Positions 38,201 through 48,184 are shown, counted from the first letter of the stretch. The stretch: DNA of 59,469 bases from Pedosphaera sp. (GCA_031414955.1 JANOQV010000036.1:1-59469), one strand, 5' to 3'. A program made the numbers and translations. The notes: generated by a model from the sequence alone, not told the origin.

Positions 38201-39051
38201 TCCCCGCCATCGCCGTTCTGCACCGACGCCAGCAGATGCTTCCCATCCACGCTCGACTCCAGATCGATCTCCGCGATGCGTGGCCAGTCCTTCCCGAACT
38301 CCAGCCTGTCCTGCGCCGCCGGCGTGCCGAGCTGGTGAAAATAAATCTGCTGGTGGAAATGCAGGTCCGCGTCGGGGCGCTCGCCCGGGGCCGGATAGCG
38401 CGTGTAGAAAATCCCCGAGCCATCCGCGTTCCACGCCGCGCTGCCCCCGCCGGTCGGATACTGCACCCGCAGCAGCAGGTCGGGCAGCGCCCGGCCCGTG
38501 TCGGTCTCGAAGAAATGCAGCGTGCCATCCTCGCTCCCGCCCTCCGACATCGACACCGCGACGCGCTTCCCGTCCGGCGAGGGCACGAACCAGTCGATCG
38601 TCTTCGAGCCTTGGGCGTCCAGCGTGTTGGGATCGAGAATCACCTTCTCGCTCTTCAAGTCGCCGGCCGACTCCAGCGTGATGAGCACCGGCTGCTGCGC
38701 GGGCGGCTGGAACTTGAGCAGGAACAAACGCCCGGCCCGCCACGAGAGCGTGGAATAATTCGGCGACGCGTTCTCGAAGAGCCGCTCCAAATCCGACTTC
38801 ACCAGCGCGCGCTCGGGAATGGGGTCGAGGTGGGAGCGGGCCTGCGTGTTCTGCGCTTCGGCCCAACGCCGCACGGCGGGATTGGCCGCGTTCTCCAGCC
38901 ACTCGTAGTCGTTGGTGACCTTGAGGCCGTGATACTCATGGACCACGGGCTGGCGCGAGGTGGCCGTCGGTTTGGTCTCGCTCTTCGTGCAGCCGCAGAT
39001 CAGAACCACAGCGGCCAGGGCCGAGAGGCGGGGCAGCAGAGAAAAAGTCAT
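35284..39051 (-). CDS. prolyl oligopeptidase (S9A) fused to a PhoD-family alkaline phosphatase, probable lipoprotein
   Basis: LICGC lipobox-like; DYEWLE, GYGGYG, NLRGGSEFG, GRSNGG, NDGRV, SGHG; then AFASC, GDFHYLD, WDDHD, DLRSGR, GDSH. Confidence 0.9.
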   Translation of the reverse strand: MTFSLLPRLSALAAVVLICGCTKSETKPTATSRQPVVHEYHGLKVTNDYEWLENAANPAVRRWAEAQNTQARSHLDPIPERALVKSDLERLFENASPNYSTLSWRAGRLFLLKFQPPAQQPVLITLESAGDLKSEKVILDPNTLDAQGSKTIDWFVPSPDGKRVAVSMSEGGSEDGTLHFFETDTGRALPDLLLRVQYPTGGGSAAWNADGSGIFYTRYPAPGERPDADLHFHQQIYFHQLGTPAAQDRLEFGKDWPRIAEIDLESSVDGKHLLASVQNGDGGEFAHYLRTPRGEWQQITRFEDGVKQAEFGRDPLSIELGRNDSIYLLSTKDAPMGNILRVKLARPDLAAASVVIKEGTNSLHHFKPTASGVALAYVKGGPMEFVYKDFFNRDLSGPSSRSTNPDFKVPHSVDQMLVTRGDEILFRSESYTEPFTWWKYDTNKDRDKPEATALRGKSPVPFADVEAVRVKVASKDKTSVPMTILRRKGTRVNGTSPAILTGYGGYGISRTPRFDFTSRVWFDQGGILAIANLRGGSEFGEPWRGAGNLTHKQNVFDDFAACAEFLVRSNHTTPARLALEGRSNGGLLMGATLTQRPELAAAVVSHVGVYDLLRAELDPNGAFNTTEYGSVKDAAQFQALRAYSPYHNVRDQENYPAVLMLTGANDGRVNPAHSRKMAARLQAATGSKHPVLLGTSSTSGHGLGTALNERVEQLADVYAFLLTQLGVNYSQVERGPWSGGVTPTSAMVKGKVARAGLSVQLAVSRSEDMKGAALTKAVISDTNENNVVAFKTEGLKPDTQYYYALVVNKHVDLKTRGAFKTFPAAGPASFQIAFASCGRTGSTRDVFDRIREHRPLFYMNMGDFHYLDIKTNNRTLFRGGYDQVLASPQQGDLYRALPFIYMWDDHDYGGNDATKKSPTHIAARRTYEEYVPHYPFGDADEDESIYQTFTVGRVKFILTDLRSGRDEPKKKDDAQKSMMGVKQKQWFKDELLAANGKYPLICWVSSVPWIGERGKSPYRSVRTNEWGYLHHTNLVRRTNTVGTVAEEEAAAKSNAVANAAAAAVEGDEGDETAKPTEVARATNTTSTVTNTANAGGGRGRGRGRGPGGASGTNNPNGGGGDEDHWSAYTTERREIADFIKANQISGVCILHGDSHMLAADNGANSDYATGGGAPIPVMCGGPLDQNPSLKGGPYSQGVYRVRDKEGESGFGLLTVTDQGGAIEVVYSGRNNKDEEKVSLKFTVPAVPEKVARRKL

Positions 39052-39206
39052 GTGTCGGCCTCAGTGTCTTGTCGCGCCACGCATTTTGGCAAGCTCCGCC
39101 CGTGGCCCTTTCTTGTCCGGGACCAGCCCGTCCCAGGCTGCTGAATCGTTGCCATCGTTTGGTTCCACGGTGAGGACGCCGCCGAGGGGGCGGGGGTTTC
39201 GGCGAA

Positions 39207-39932
39207 TCACCGCCGCCCGTCGTACCAGATGTGACAGGCCTCGCGCTGTTTCACGGCCGCGCCGCGCGTGCGCACGAAACGCCAGAGCAGCCGCAGATAA
39301 TCGCGGTGCCGGTAGAGCCGCACCTTGCGCGCGGAGGTCAGGAGCGGATGCCGGTGCAGGATCACCATGCGCTGACGGCGCGTCCGGCCAAAGGCCTGAA
39401 GCCGTTTGCTGAAATCGAGTTCTTCCGCGGCGAAAAACTCGGCGCTGAAACCGCCGATGGCTCGGAAGGCCCGCGCCTCACAGAAAATAAAAGACCCGGC
39501 GCACCAGCGGCGCAACCGGCTGGTGAAATTCCAGAGCACCGTGACCAGCGCCAGGCCGAAGAAAAACTCGTCCAGCTTGACCGTCACCCCGCCGCCGATG
39601 AACCGGCCGGTGGTGATGGCTTGCGCCACCTCGTCCAGCAGTTCGCGCGACGGCTGCGAGTCGGCATCGACGAACACCAGCCAGTCCCCCGTGGCCACGG
39701 ATGCGCCCGTGTTCCGCGCGCGGGCAATCTGGTTCACCGGCTCGAAGACGACTTTCGCTCCCGCCACGCGCGCCACGTCCGCCGTGTGGTCGGTGGAATT
39801 GTTGTCGCAGACGATCAGTTCGGTCGCCCAGCCGCGCGCGTGAAACGCCCCGGCCGCGGCCGTGATGCTCCGCAGCGTGACCTCGATCAGCTTCTCCTCG
39901 TTGAAGGCGGGGATGATGAAGGAAATTTTCAT
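39207..39932 (-). CDS. glycosyltransferase family 2
   Basis: ISFIIPAFNEE, DNNSTD, ARNTGA, FVDADS, TSARK. Confidence 0.92.
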   Translation of the reverse strand: MKISFIIPAFNEEKLIEVTLRSITAAAGAFHARGWATELIVCDNNSTDHTADVARVAGAKVVFEPVNQIARARNTGASVATGDWLVFVDADSQPSRELLDEVAQAITTGRFIGGGVTVKLDEFFFGLALVTVLWNFTSRLRRWCAGSFIFCEARAFRAIGGFSAEFFAAEELDFSKRLQAFGRTRRQRMVILHRHPLLTSARKVRLYRHRDYLRLLWRFVRTRGAAVKQREACHIWYDGRR

Positions 39933-39971
39933 GAGCCGAATGAACTGACGGGAAGCCGGGGCCTCGCGCCT

Positions 39972-40060
39972 GCGTCGTGGACTGCGGCCACCCGCGGCCA
40001 CCTTTGGACCGGTGCCGCACGCTCGAAAGCGCCCGAGGATTGGCGCGCTCCAAAACCTTG
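39972..40060. repeat. degenerate REP doublet
   Basis: GGACTGCGG...CTTTGG and AAAGCGCCCGAGGATTGGCGCGCTCCAAAAC, imperfect inverted hairpins in an intergenic spacer. Confidence 0.45.
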
Positions 40061-40080
40061 CGGTCGCAGGACCGTCTCGC

Positions 40081-41070
40081 TCACGGCTTCAACACAATCT
40101 TCCCCGCCAGCGTGCCTTGCCGGCCCAAGGTGTTCTCCTCCTGAAGTCGATGCGCCTCGGCGGCCTGCGCGAGGGAAAGCACGCGGTCGATGCGCGCCCG
40201 CAACTTGCCCTCGGCCAGCCAGCGATTGATGTCCCCGGCGCAGGCCCGCTGCTCCTCGGCGGGCGCGTTGAACATGGCGAAGCCGTGCAGCGCGCAGTCC
40301 TTCACGTAGAACGGCCCCACCGGAAACGACGGCTTCGCCTCGCGTCCGGCCATCACGATCATGCGCCCGCGCAGCGCGAGCAACGGCACCGCGCGCTCAA
40401 AGTTCGGCTCACGCAGCGTTTCCCACCACACGTTCAAGCCCTGCGGGGCAAACTCACGCAGGGCCGCGTCCACATCCTGCGTCTTGTAATTCACCGCCGC
40501 GTCCGCGCCGAGTTGGTGGCAGGCGGCGACCTTCTCGTCGCTGCCCGCCGTGGTGAAAACGCGCGCTCCCATCGCCTTCGCCATCTGCACCACCGCCGAG
40601 CCGACCCCGCCCGTGCCGCCGTTCACGAACAAGGTTTCGCCCGCCTTCAATTGCACCCGGCCCAACCCGAGCCGCGCGGTGATGCCGACCAACGCCAGCG
40701 CCGCCGCGTCTTCATCGGACACACTGGCCGGCGTCGGATAAAGCCACTGCTCGTCCACCGCCGCGAACTCGGCGAACGTCCCCTGCCGCCCGAGCAAGCC
40801 CTGGTTGCTGCCCCACACCCGGTCGCCGCGCTTGAGCTGCTGCACGCCCTCACCGACCTCCTCCACCGTGCCCGCCAGATCGCAGCCCACCACGAACGGC
40901 CACGGGTTGTTCATCTTCACCATCCCGGCGCGCACGTACGTGTCGATGGGGTTCACCGCCACCGCGGCCACGCGCACCAGCACCTGGCCCGGCCCGGGCT
41001 TGGGCGTGGGCAGCTCTCCGAACAAGATCGATTCCGGTGGTCCCGGCTGTTGAATGTAGGCCGCTTTCAT
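40081..41070 (-). CDS. NADPH:quinone reductase (zeta-crystallin/MDR family)
   Basis: VNPIDTYVRAG, GCDLAG, GGTGGVG, AAEAHR, GKIVL. Confidence 0.93.
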   Translation of the reverse strand: MKAAYIQQPGPPESILFGELPTPKPGPGQVLVRVAAVAVNPIDTYVRAGMVKMNNPWPFVVGCDLAGTVEEVGEGVQQLKRGDRVWGSNQGLLGRQGTFAEFAAVDEQWLYPTPASVSDEDAAALALVGITARLGLGRVQLKAGETLFVNGGTGGVGSAVVQMAKAMGARVFTTAGSDEKVAACHQLGADAAVNYKTQDVDAALREFAPQGLNVWWETLREPNFERAVPLLALRGRMIVMAGREAKPSFPVGPFYVKDCALHGFAMFNAPAEEQRACAGDINRWLAEGKLRARIDRVLSLAQAAEAHRLQEENTLGRQGTLAGKIVLKP

Positions 41071-41232
41071 CTGCGGAGACTAAAACAGGAACCGGTGAAA
41101 CAGTAATCATGATTCCGTGTTCCCTGCTCCGCGCCGGCCCCGCCCCGAACGGCCGGGAGAGCGGTTTGGTGGGGCGGTGGAAAACTTTTCGCCTGCAAGA
41201 AAACCGTTCAAGGTGCAATGTCCCCGCGTCAC

Positions 41233-44200
41233 ATGAAGGCATTGCGAATCATCGGGTTGACTTGTGCCGTCCTCGCCGTCCGGCTCTCGGCGGCGGACCT
41301 GGTGCCGGCCGCCGACCTCGGCTTGCGCGTGCAGCGCGGCTTCACGCTCACCCTCTTCGCCGACAACGATCTCGCGCCCGACACCTGGTGCATGACCATC
41401 GACTCGCTCGGGCGCGTGGTGGTGGGCAATGGCAAATCCATCCGCACGCTGGTCGATGAGGACGGCGATGGGGAGGCGGATGACTCGATTGAATTTGCCA
41501 GGGTGGAACGCGGCGTCATGGGCCTGTGCTTCGACGGCACGTCGCTCTTCGTCGCCGCGGATGGCTGGCTCTCGCGCTTCGATGACGCGGACGGCGACGG
41601 CGTGGCCGACGGCCCGCCCGAGCAACTCATCCCGCTCGGCTTCGGCGAGCACGGCGGGCACGCGATTCGCAAGGGGCCGGATGGCTGGCTTTACGTGATC
41701 GGTGGCAATGACGCCGGCTTCACCGCCGAGAAACACGCCACTCTCGACTCGTCGCCCATCCGGCAGCCAGAGGCGGGCGCATTGCTCCGGATCACGCCTG
41801 ACGGCTCGCAGTCCGAGATCATCGCGCACGGTTTCCGCAATCCCTACGACTTCGATTTCAACAGCGAGGGGGACATCTTCACCTATGACAGCGACGTGGA
41901 GCGCGATGCCTTTCTGCCCTGGTACACGCCGACGCGCATCTATCAGGCTGGCTACGGCCAGCATCACGGCTGGCGGCTCAAAGGCTACCAACGAAGCTGG
42001 CCGCGCCCGGATGATTATGCCGACACGGTGCCCATACTGTCCCAGGTGGGACGCGGCTCACCGACCGGCGTGACCTGTTACCGGCATGGGCAGTTCCCGG
42101 CGCGCTACCAGGACGGTCTCTTCTTCGCCGACTGGACGTTCGGCCTGGTTTACTATCTGCCGCTCGAAGTGAACGGCGCGAGTTACACCCGCGCGCAGCC
42201 AGAGGTGTTCATCGAACCGATCGGCGCGCACGGTTTCACGCCCACCGATCTCGCCGTCGCTCCGGATGGCTCGATGTTTATTTCCATCGGCGGGCGCAAG
42301 ACACGCGGCGCGATCTATCGCGTCGAATTCGCCGGTGGCCGCCCGCCCGCCCAAGCCCTCCCGGCCGGACTGGCCGCGCTCTCGTTCCTGCCCAGCCAGG
42401 ATCTCAACCAGGTGCTACTCGCGGCGCAACCGCTCGACGCCTGGTCGCGCGCGCTCTGGATGCCGGCGGCGACCCGCGCCGGCGCGCAACCATTCGCCGC
42501 GCTGGTCTCGGACGAGAATGCCGCCCCGGCCCACCGCGTGCGCGCCATCGAAGTGCTCACGGAAATGTTCGAGGGCGTGCCGCCCGCGCGGGCCGCCCTC
42601 GCCGCCCGATCCGCTCACGCCGCCGTGCGCGCGCGGCTGGCCTGGTCGTTGGGCCGGCAGCCGGGCGAGAACGCGGCGCAACTGCTCACGGGACTCGCCC
42701 TCGACCACGACGCCGCCGTGCGCCGCCACGCGCTCGACGCCATCGCGGATCAAATTCAACTCTTGAGCGCAGCCGACCTCGTGCGCGTGGTTCAACCTGG
42801 ATTATCTCATCTGGATCAGTTTGTCCGACTGGCCGCCGCGCGCGTGGCCAGCGAAATGGACAAGGATTCGTGGATGCAGCTCACCACCATCATCCCGCGC
42901 CACTCGCCGGCGGTGATCGGCGCGGCCCTGGCCCTGGTCTGGCGCACGCCCGACCGGTTGGTGCATCCGGAAATCGTCGATTCCCTGACCAACCTGCTCG
43001 CGCAAACCCGCGACCCATCGGTGCGCCACGACATTGTCCGGCTGCTCATCCTGGCCCTGGGCGACTGGCACCTGAACGGTCCCTCGATCGAAGTCAACAC
43101 CGGCTATGAACTGCCGATCGTGCCGGCGAAGGAATTCGACGTGCCGTCACTGCGGCGGATGACGCGCGCCCTGCTCCCTTCCGGCGACGCCGCGCTCGAC
43201 ACCGAGGCCGCGCGCCTGCTGGCCATGCTGGAGGACGACGACAAGCGCACGCCCGTTCTGCTCGCGAACCTGATCACGCCCAACAGCACCGCCACTTCCG
43301 ACTTCCATTACCTCGCCTGCCTGGTGCAGGTGCGCGCCAGCGTGCCGGAACTGGCCCCGCGCCTCGCCGCCGCCATCCTCGCGCTCGACCGCAAGCTGGC
43401 CGGGCAGGAAGCGCGCGGGAAGCAAAGTTGGAACGCCCGCCTCACGGAGCTGGTCCAACAACTCGTGCGCCACGAGCCGGCCATCGCCGACGCGCTGCTG
43501 GGCCACCCGCAATTCGCCACGCCCGCGCGTGTCTCGCTGGCGGGAGCCTTGGAAGGCGATCACAAGCTCGCCGCCGCCCGCGCTTTCTTCGCCGCGGCCA
43601 AGGCCAGTCCCGGTTTTCCGTGGACGCCGGAGTTGATCGCGCTGCTTTCATTGCTGCCCCCGGAGGACATCGTGCCGCTGTTCCGCCGCCATTGGAGCAA
43701 CGGGCTGGTGCGCGATGCATTGATCCCGATGATCGCGGTGAAGCCGCTCGCCGTGGAGCGCGAGAAATTCCTGTCCGCGCTCGGCTCCGCGCAACCCTCC
43801 GTGGTGCGGGCCAGCCTCGGCGCGTTGCTGAAACTGCCACCTGATCCGTCGGGCACGAATCTCGTCGCCCCGTTGAAGCTCTTGCACCGCCTGACGGGCG
43901 AACCGCCGGAGTCGGCGCTGCGCGGGCAAGTCGTCACCCTCATCACCAACAGCCTCAAGCAGCCCATCAAGGTCACGGAACCGCCCGAACCCGAAGCCGC
44001 GGCGATTCGCCGGGCTTATCAACCCCTCTTCGATTACCTCCTCGCCAAATATCCGGGCCTGGGCCGCGCCATGAATGCCGAGGACAACGACGATCCGTCC
44101 GCCTGGACGGCCATCCTGCGCAACGTGGCTTGGGAACGCGGCGACGCCGGGCGCGGGGCGCAGATTTTTTTCCAACGCGCCTGCGCCACCTGCCACAGCG

Positions 44201-44547
44201 AGGCCGGAGCCATCGGGCCGGATCTCGCCGGCGCGGCGCAACGCTTCTCGCGCGAGGATTTGATGAACGCCATCGTGTTCCCCAGCCGCGACATCGCCCC
44301 GCCCTATCGCACCACGACCTTCCGCCTGCGCAACGGCGAGAGCCACACCGGCCTCGTGGCCTTCGAGTCGGCCGATGGCTGGCTGGTGCAAACCGGCGCG
44401 GGCCTGAGCGTGCGTCTCGACAGCCGCGACGTGAGCGCGCAGGAACCGGGCGCGATGTCCGTGATGCCCAGCGGATTGCTCAAGGGGTTGAACGCCCGCG
44501 ATCTCGCCGACCTGTACGCCTACCTCCGCACGCTCGACGGGCGATGA
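41233..44547 (+). CDS. PVC-type membrane-bound dehydrogenase domain / HEAT / CxxCH protein
   Basis: Signal peptide; propeller DADGDGVAD, GEHGGH, GFRNPYD, YDSD, GSPTG; HEAT repeats; CATCH, IGPDL, SVMPSGL. Confidence 0.9.
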   Translation: MKALRIIGLTCAVLAVRLSAADLVPAADLGLRVQRGFTLTLFADNDLAPDTWCMTIDSLGRVVVGNGKSIRTLVDEDGDGEADDSIEFARVERGVMGLCFDGTSLFVAADGWLSRFDDADGDGVADGPPEQLIPLGFGEHGGHAIRKGPDGWLYVIGGNDAGFTAEKHATLDSSPIRQPEAGALLRITPDGSQSEIIAHGFRNPYDFDFNSEGDIFTYDSDVERDAFLPWYTPTRIYQAGYGQHHGWRLKGYQRSWPRPDDYADTVPILSQVGRGSPTGVTCYRHGQFPARYQDGLFFADWTFGLVYYLPLEVNGASYTRAQPEVFIEPIGAHGFTPTDLAVAPDGSMFISIGGRKTRGAIYRVEFAGGRPPAQALPAGLAALSFLPSQDLNQVLLAAQPLDAWSRALWMPAATRAGAQPFAALVSDENAAPAHRVRAIEVLTEMFEGVPPARAALAARSAHAAVRARLAWSLGRQPGENAAQLLTGLALDHDAAVRRHALDAIADQIQLLSAADLVRVVQPGLSHLDQFVRLAAARVASEMDKDSWMQLTTIIPRHSPAVIGAALALVWRTPDRLVHPEIVDSLTNLLAQTRDPSVRHDIVRLLILALGDWHLNGPSIEVNTGYELPIVPAKEFDVPSLRRMTRALLPSGDAALDTEAARLLAMLEDDDKRTPVLLANLITPNSTATSDFHYLACLVQVRASVPELAPRLAAAILALDRKLAGQEARGKQSWNARLTELVQQLVRHEPAIADALLGHPQFATPARVSLAGALEGDHKLAAARAFFAAAKASPGFPWTPELIALLSLLPPEDIVPLFRRHWSNGLVRDALIPMIAVKPLAVEREKFLSALGSAQPSVVRASLGALLKLPPDPSGTNLVAPLKLLHRLTGEPPESALRGQVVTLITNSLKQPIKVTEPPEPEAAAIRRAYQPLFDYLLAKYPGLGRAMNAEDNDDPSAWTAILRNVAWERGDAGRGAQIFFQRACATCHSEAGAIGPDLAGAAQRFSREDLMNAIVFPSRDIAPPYRTTTFRLRNGESHTGLVAFESADGWLVQTGAGLSVRLDSRDVSAQEPGAMSVMPSGLLKGLNARDLADLYAYLRTLDGR

Positions 44548-44600
44548 GGAATGGGGAAGCTGTCGCGCCGTCCGAGGGATTCCCCCAACCTGACGCACGC

Positions 44601-44630
44601 AAAAATGCCGCAGCCCGAAGGCTGCGGCAT
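44601..44630 (-). terminator. typA intrinsic terminator
   Basis: 11-bp stem ATGCCGCAGCC with a cUUCGg loop on the minus strand, then a U tract. Confidence 0.85.
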
Positions 44631-44656
44631 GTGCCGGGAGATTGTCTTCCCTGCCC

Positions 44657-46492
44657 TTACTCTTCGATGAACTTCAGCACGCGCGACTTCTCGGAGCGCT
44701 TGCGCTGGTTGTCGTCGAGGATCTTCTTGCGCAGGCGCAGGTTCTTGGGCGTGGCTTCCACGTATTCGTCCACGTCGATGTATTCCAGCGCGCGCTCCAG
44801 GCTGAGCTTGAGCGGGGCGTTGAGTTGCGCGCCTTTGCCGTCGCCCTGGGAACGCATGTTGGTCAGGCGCTTCTCCTTCACCGGGTTCACAGGGATGTCG
44901 TTTTCGCGGGCGTTCTCGCCCACGATCATGCCGATGTAAACGGCGTCGCCCGGCTCGATCATCAGGCGACCGCGTTCCTGCACCATGTTCAGCGCGTAGG
45001 TGGTGGCTTCGCCGGTATCCATCGAGACAAGCGAGCCGTTCTTGCGCGCGGCGATTTCGCCGCGGTCCTCGCCGTACTCGTGGAAGAGATGGCTCATCAC
45101 GCCCATGCCCTTGGTGGAGTTCACCAGGTCGGTCTCGAAACCAATCAACCCGCGCATCGGCGCCAACGCCTCGACGGAGACGACGTTGCCGACGTGGTTC
45201 ATGTTCGTGATCTGCGCCTTGCGGTTGGAAAGATTCTCCATGATCGCGCCGAGGTTTTCGCTGGGCACTTCGACGAAGAGCTTCTCGATCGGTTCGAGCG
45301 GATTGCCATCCGGCCCTTTTTTCCAGAGCACTTCCGGGCGGGAGACGAGCACCTCGTGGCCTTCGCGGCGCATCTGCTCGACGAGGATGGCGATTTGCAT
45401 TTCACCCCGGCCGCTGACGGCGAAGATCTTCGGGTCGCTGGTCTGCGCGATGCGCAGGGCGACGTTGGTGCGGATCTCCTTGGTCAGCCGGTCCCAGATG
45501 TGGCGGGCCGTGACGAGCTTGCCGTCCATGCCTGCGAGCGGGCCGTCGTTCACGGCGAACTGCATCTGGATGGTCGGCGGATCAATCGGGATGTAGGGCA
45601 GCGCGCCGCGTTCTTCCGAGTCGCAAATGGTCTCGCCGATGAACACATCCTCGAAACCCGTCAACCCCACGATGTCGCCGGCATGCGCTTCCTGAATCTC
45701 GATGCGCTTCATGCCCTCGAAGTGGAAGATGGCGGTGACCTTGCCCTTGGTGACCCGGCCCTGACCGTGGCGGCAGATGGCGGGATCGCCCAGCTTCACC
45801 TTGCCCTCGTAAATCTTCCCGAAGGCGATACGCCCGAGGTAATCGCTGTAATCGAGGTTCGCCACCAGCACCTGGAATCCCAGGCCGGCCTTGGCCCGCG
45901 GGGGCGGGATGTGCTTCACGATGGCGTCGAAGAGCGGCTCCATGGTCCCGCTGGCGTGCTCGAGTTCGAGCTTGGCGTAGCCGTTCTTGGCCGAGCAGTA
46001 GATGAACGGGAAATCCAGTTGCTCATCCGTGGCCCCGAGCGATTGGAACAGCTCGAACACTTCGTCCAGCACCTTCTTGGGGTTGGCGTTCTCGCGGTCG
46101 ATCTTGTTGATCACCACGATGGGCTTGGCCCCGGCTTCGAGCGCCTTGCGCAGCACGAAGCGCGTCTGGGCCTGCGGGCCTTCCGCCGAATCCACGACGA
46201 GCAGCACGCCGTCGATCATGTTCATGATGCGCTCGACCTCGCCGCCGAAGTCCGCGTGTCCGGGGGTATCGACGATGTTGATGTGGTAATTCTTGTATTT
46301 GAAGGCGGCGTTCTTGGCCCGGATGGTGATGCCCTTTTCCTTCTCCAGATCCATCGAGTCCATGAGGCGTTCCTCGGAGGATTCGTGCTGGTTGGCGCGG
46401 AAGGTTCCGGACTGCTTGAGCAGACAATCGACGAGCGTGGTCTTGCCATGATCGACGTGCGCGATGATGGCGATGTTGCGAATATGTTCCAT
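44657..46492 (-). CDS. typA: translational GTPase TypA/BipA
   Basis: [56 protein letters not shown]. Confidence 0.98.
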   Translation of the reverse strand: MEHIRNIAIIAHVDHGKTTLVDCLLKQSGTFRANQHESSEERLMDSMDLEKEKGITIRAKNAAFKYKNYHINIVDTPGHADFGGEVERIMNMIDGVLLVVDSAEGPQAQTRFVLRKALEAGAKPIVVINKIDRENANPKKVLDEVFELFQSLGATDEQLDFPFIYCSAKNGYAKLELEHASGTMEPLFDAIVKHIPPPRAKAGLGFQVLVANLDYSDYLGRIAFGKIYEGKVKLGDPAICRHGQGRVTKGKVTAIFHFEGMKRIEIQEAHAGDIVGLTGFEDVFIGETICDSEERGALPYIPIDPPTIQMQFAVNDGPLAGMDGKLVTARHIWDRLTKEIRTNVALRIAQTSDPKIFAVSGRGEMQIAILVEQMRREGHEVLVSRPEVLWKKGPDGNPLEPIEKLFVEVPSENLGAIMENLSNRKAQITNMNHVGNVVSVEALAPMRGLIGFETDLVNSTKGMGVMSHLFHEYGEDRGEIAARKNGSLVSMDTGEATTYALNMVQERGRLMIEPGDAVYIGMIVGENARENDIPVNPVKEKRLTNMRSQGDGKGAQLNAPLKLSLERALEYIDVDEYVEATPKNLRLRKKILDDNQRKRSEKSRVLKFIEE

Positions 46493-46593
46493 GATTCAGT
46501 TCTTCTCCAAATTAGAGCCGCGCAGTGTCACCGCCCGCAGGAAAAGGTCAAGGCTGGCGAAGGGTGGAATTGGAAGTGGCGGTCAACCGACGA

Positions 46594-46717
46594 GGTAGAA
46601 CCGGTCGCGCTGCGACCGGTCGCGCCGCGCAGAGCGGCGCAACGACCTGGCGCGACCATCCGGTTTGGCCGCCCGCTGAACGCGGGCTTGTTTTGTCGCA
46701 GCGCGACAAAACCCACC
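46594..46717. repeat. REP doublet, same family as 16094-16216
   Basis: GGTAG..CCGGTCGCGCTGCGACCGG ... TTTTGTCGCAGCGCGACAAAACCCACC. Confidence 0.65.
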
Positions 46718-47057
46718 TTTGCCCGCCACTTTCAATCCCACCCTGGCGAAGAGGTTGGCGAAGAGGAGGTGAGAACGTCCGATTTTTATGGGCCGTAACT
46801 TGGCGGTGCCACTCTCGCCCTCCGCGCCTCGGTCGGCGGGCCGGGGCCGCAAACTGGACCGCAGGTTGATGGTGGCACCGTCATCGGCGCCGGTCGGGCC
46901 GGGCACAGCTCGTCCCCACCACGAAATCAAAGGGGCGACTCGATGGAGACTGGTCATCCCGACTCCGCAAGCTGGCACGGCCCCGCGCAACCGTGGCGGC
47001 ATCTTCGCCCGGATATTCTGTTGCCCGGCGGGGGCGGGTTGATTTCAAATCAACGCC

Positions 47058-47840
47058 ATGAAAATTCACCGCCCATTTTTCGTGTACACCGCCGCGCTGG
47101 CCTTGCTCACGAGTTGTTCCACGGTGCCGCCGCGGCCGACCATCGGCCTCGGGGCCAAACCCCTGCCCGGCGCGGAGGTCATCATCGACGGCACGCGCGA
47201 AACGCTGGACGGGAAGTGGACTTACTGGGCGGGGCCGCGCTTTGCCTCGGCACTGCCCATCAAGTGGAAGGTCGTGGAAGACCCGGTGGACGGCGGCACG
47301 GCGTGGATGACGGATGATCGCGCGGCGGATGGCGGCAAGTACGGCGCGGCCGACATCGTGACCAAGAAGGCCTACCGCGATTTCCGTCTGCACATCGAGT
47401 TCCTGGTCATGAATCCGCGCGGCAACAGCGGCGTGTATCTCCAGAACCGCTACGAGATTCAGATTCAGGAGGGCGACCGCACCAAGCACGGCATGGGCGC
47501 GGCCATCAATGAAAGCGAGTCGCCTTATCATGCCTTCAACGGGCTGGGCAAATGGAACTCCTACGACATCCACTTCCGCGCGGCGCGTTTTCAGGAAGGC
47601 AAGCGCGTGGAGAAGGCGCTGGTCACCATGTATTTCAACGGGATCAAGGTTCACACCAATTTCCCCATCAGCCAGGTCTGGGGCGGGGCGAACTCGGGCG
47701 TCGATGGCGGGAATGACAACGGGCGGGGCGTGACCGATACGCCGCAGGGCTTGAAGCTGCAAGCCGAGGGCCACGACGTGCGTTACCGGAACGCCTGGAT
47801 CAAGGAAGTAAACCTCAAGGACGCGAACACGGATTTTTGA
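47058..47840 (+). CDS. DUF1080 lipoprotein
   Basis: LLTSC lipobox; DFRLHIEF, GNSGVYLQNRYEIQI, WNSYDI, LKLQAEG, YRNAW. Confidence 0.9.
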   Translation: MKIHRPFFVYTAALALLTSCSTVPPRPTIGLGAKPLPGAEVIIDGTRETLDGKWTYWAGPRFASALPIKWKVVEDPVDGGTAWMTDDRAADGGKYGAADIVTKKAYRDFRLHIEFLVMNPRGNSGVYLQNRYEIQIQEGDRTKHGMGAAINESESPYHAFNGLGKWNSYDIHFRAARFQEGKRVEKALVTMYFNGIKVHTNFPISQVWGGANSGVDGGNDNGRGVTDTPQGLKLQAEGHDVRYRNAWIKEVNLKDANTDF

Positions 47841-47853
47841 TCCGGGGCGAATC

Positions 47854-48108
47854 GGCGCGCGGGTTTTCAACCCGCGCTCCGGGGCCAGACCTCTGGCCGG
47901 GCTGAGAGCCTGTCTGAAAAGTCGTTTGGGCGGCGCAGGCCACTGGCCCCGGAGTGCGCCCGTCCTCGGGCGCAGCAACGTGGCCAAGGCGGCCGGTGTG
48001 GATTTCCCCAACGCGCTCGACGTCATCACGTTGCTGCGCCCGAGGACGGGCGCACTCCGGGGCCGAATTTTCAGACCGGCTCTGAGGTTCGACTTCAGAG
48101 TTCGGGAT
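47854..48108. mobile_element. partial MITE family A copy interrupted by MITE B
   Basis: ACCCGCGCTCCGGGGCCAGACCTCTGGCCGGGC-TGA...TGA-GGTTCGACTTCAGAGTTCGGGA aligns to 34369-34425; left TIR not recognisable. Confidence 0.7.
47906..48082. mobile_element. MITE family B (177 bp) carrying a perfect REP doublet
   Basis: TIR GAGCCTGTCTGAAAA / TTTTCAGACCGGCTC (14/15); TGA duplication at 47903-05 and 48083-85; internal perfect 38-bp inverted repeat 47945-47982 / 48027-48064. Confidence 0.88.
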
Positions 48109-48184
48109 TGAAAAACATCACCCGCGCGGCTTCCTCAAACCGCGCGGGCGTGTCCCCAAACCCCAAACAGAACCGGACAGGAAA

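Noticed and set aside
35164..39144. 1326-aa plus-strand ORF, and similar long antisense ORFs (17438-19156, 25598-27616, 44642-46798, 49133-51940)
   Set aside because: Shadow frames of well-supported opposite-strand genes in GC-rich DNA; no motifs
47945..48064. Possible CRISPR repeat-spacer unit
   Set aside because: The repeats are inverted and dispersed rather than direct and regularly spaced; no cas genes in the window
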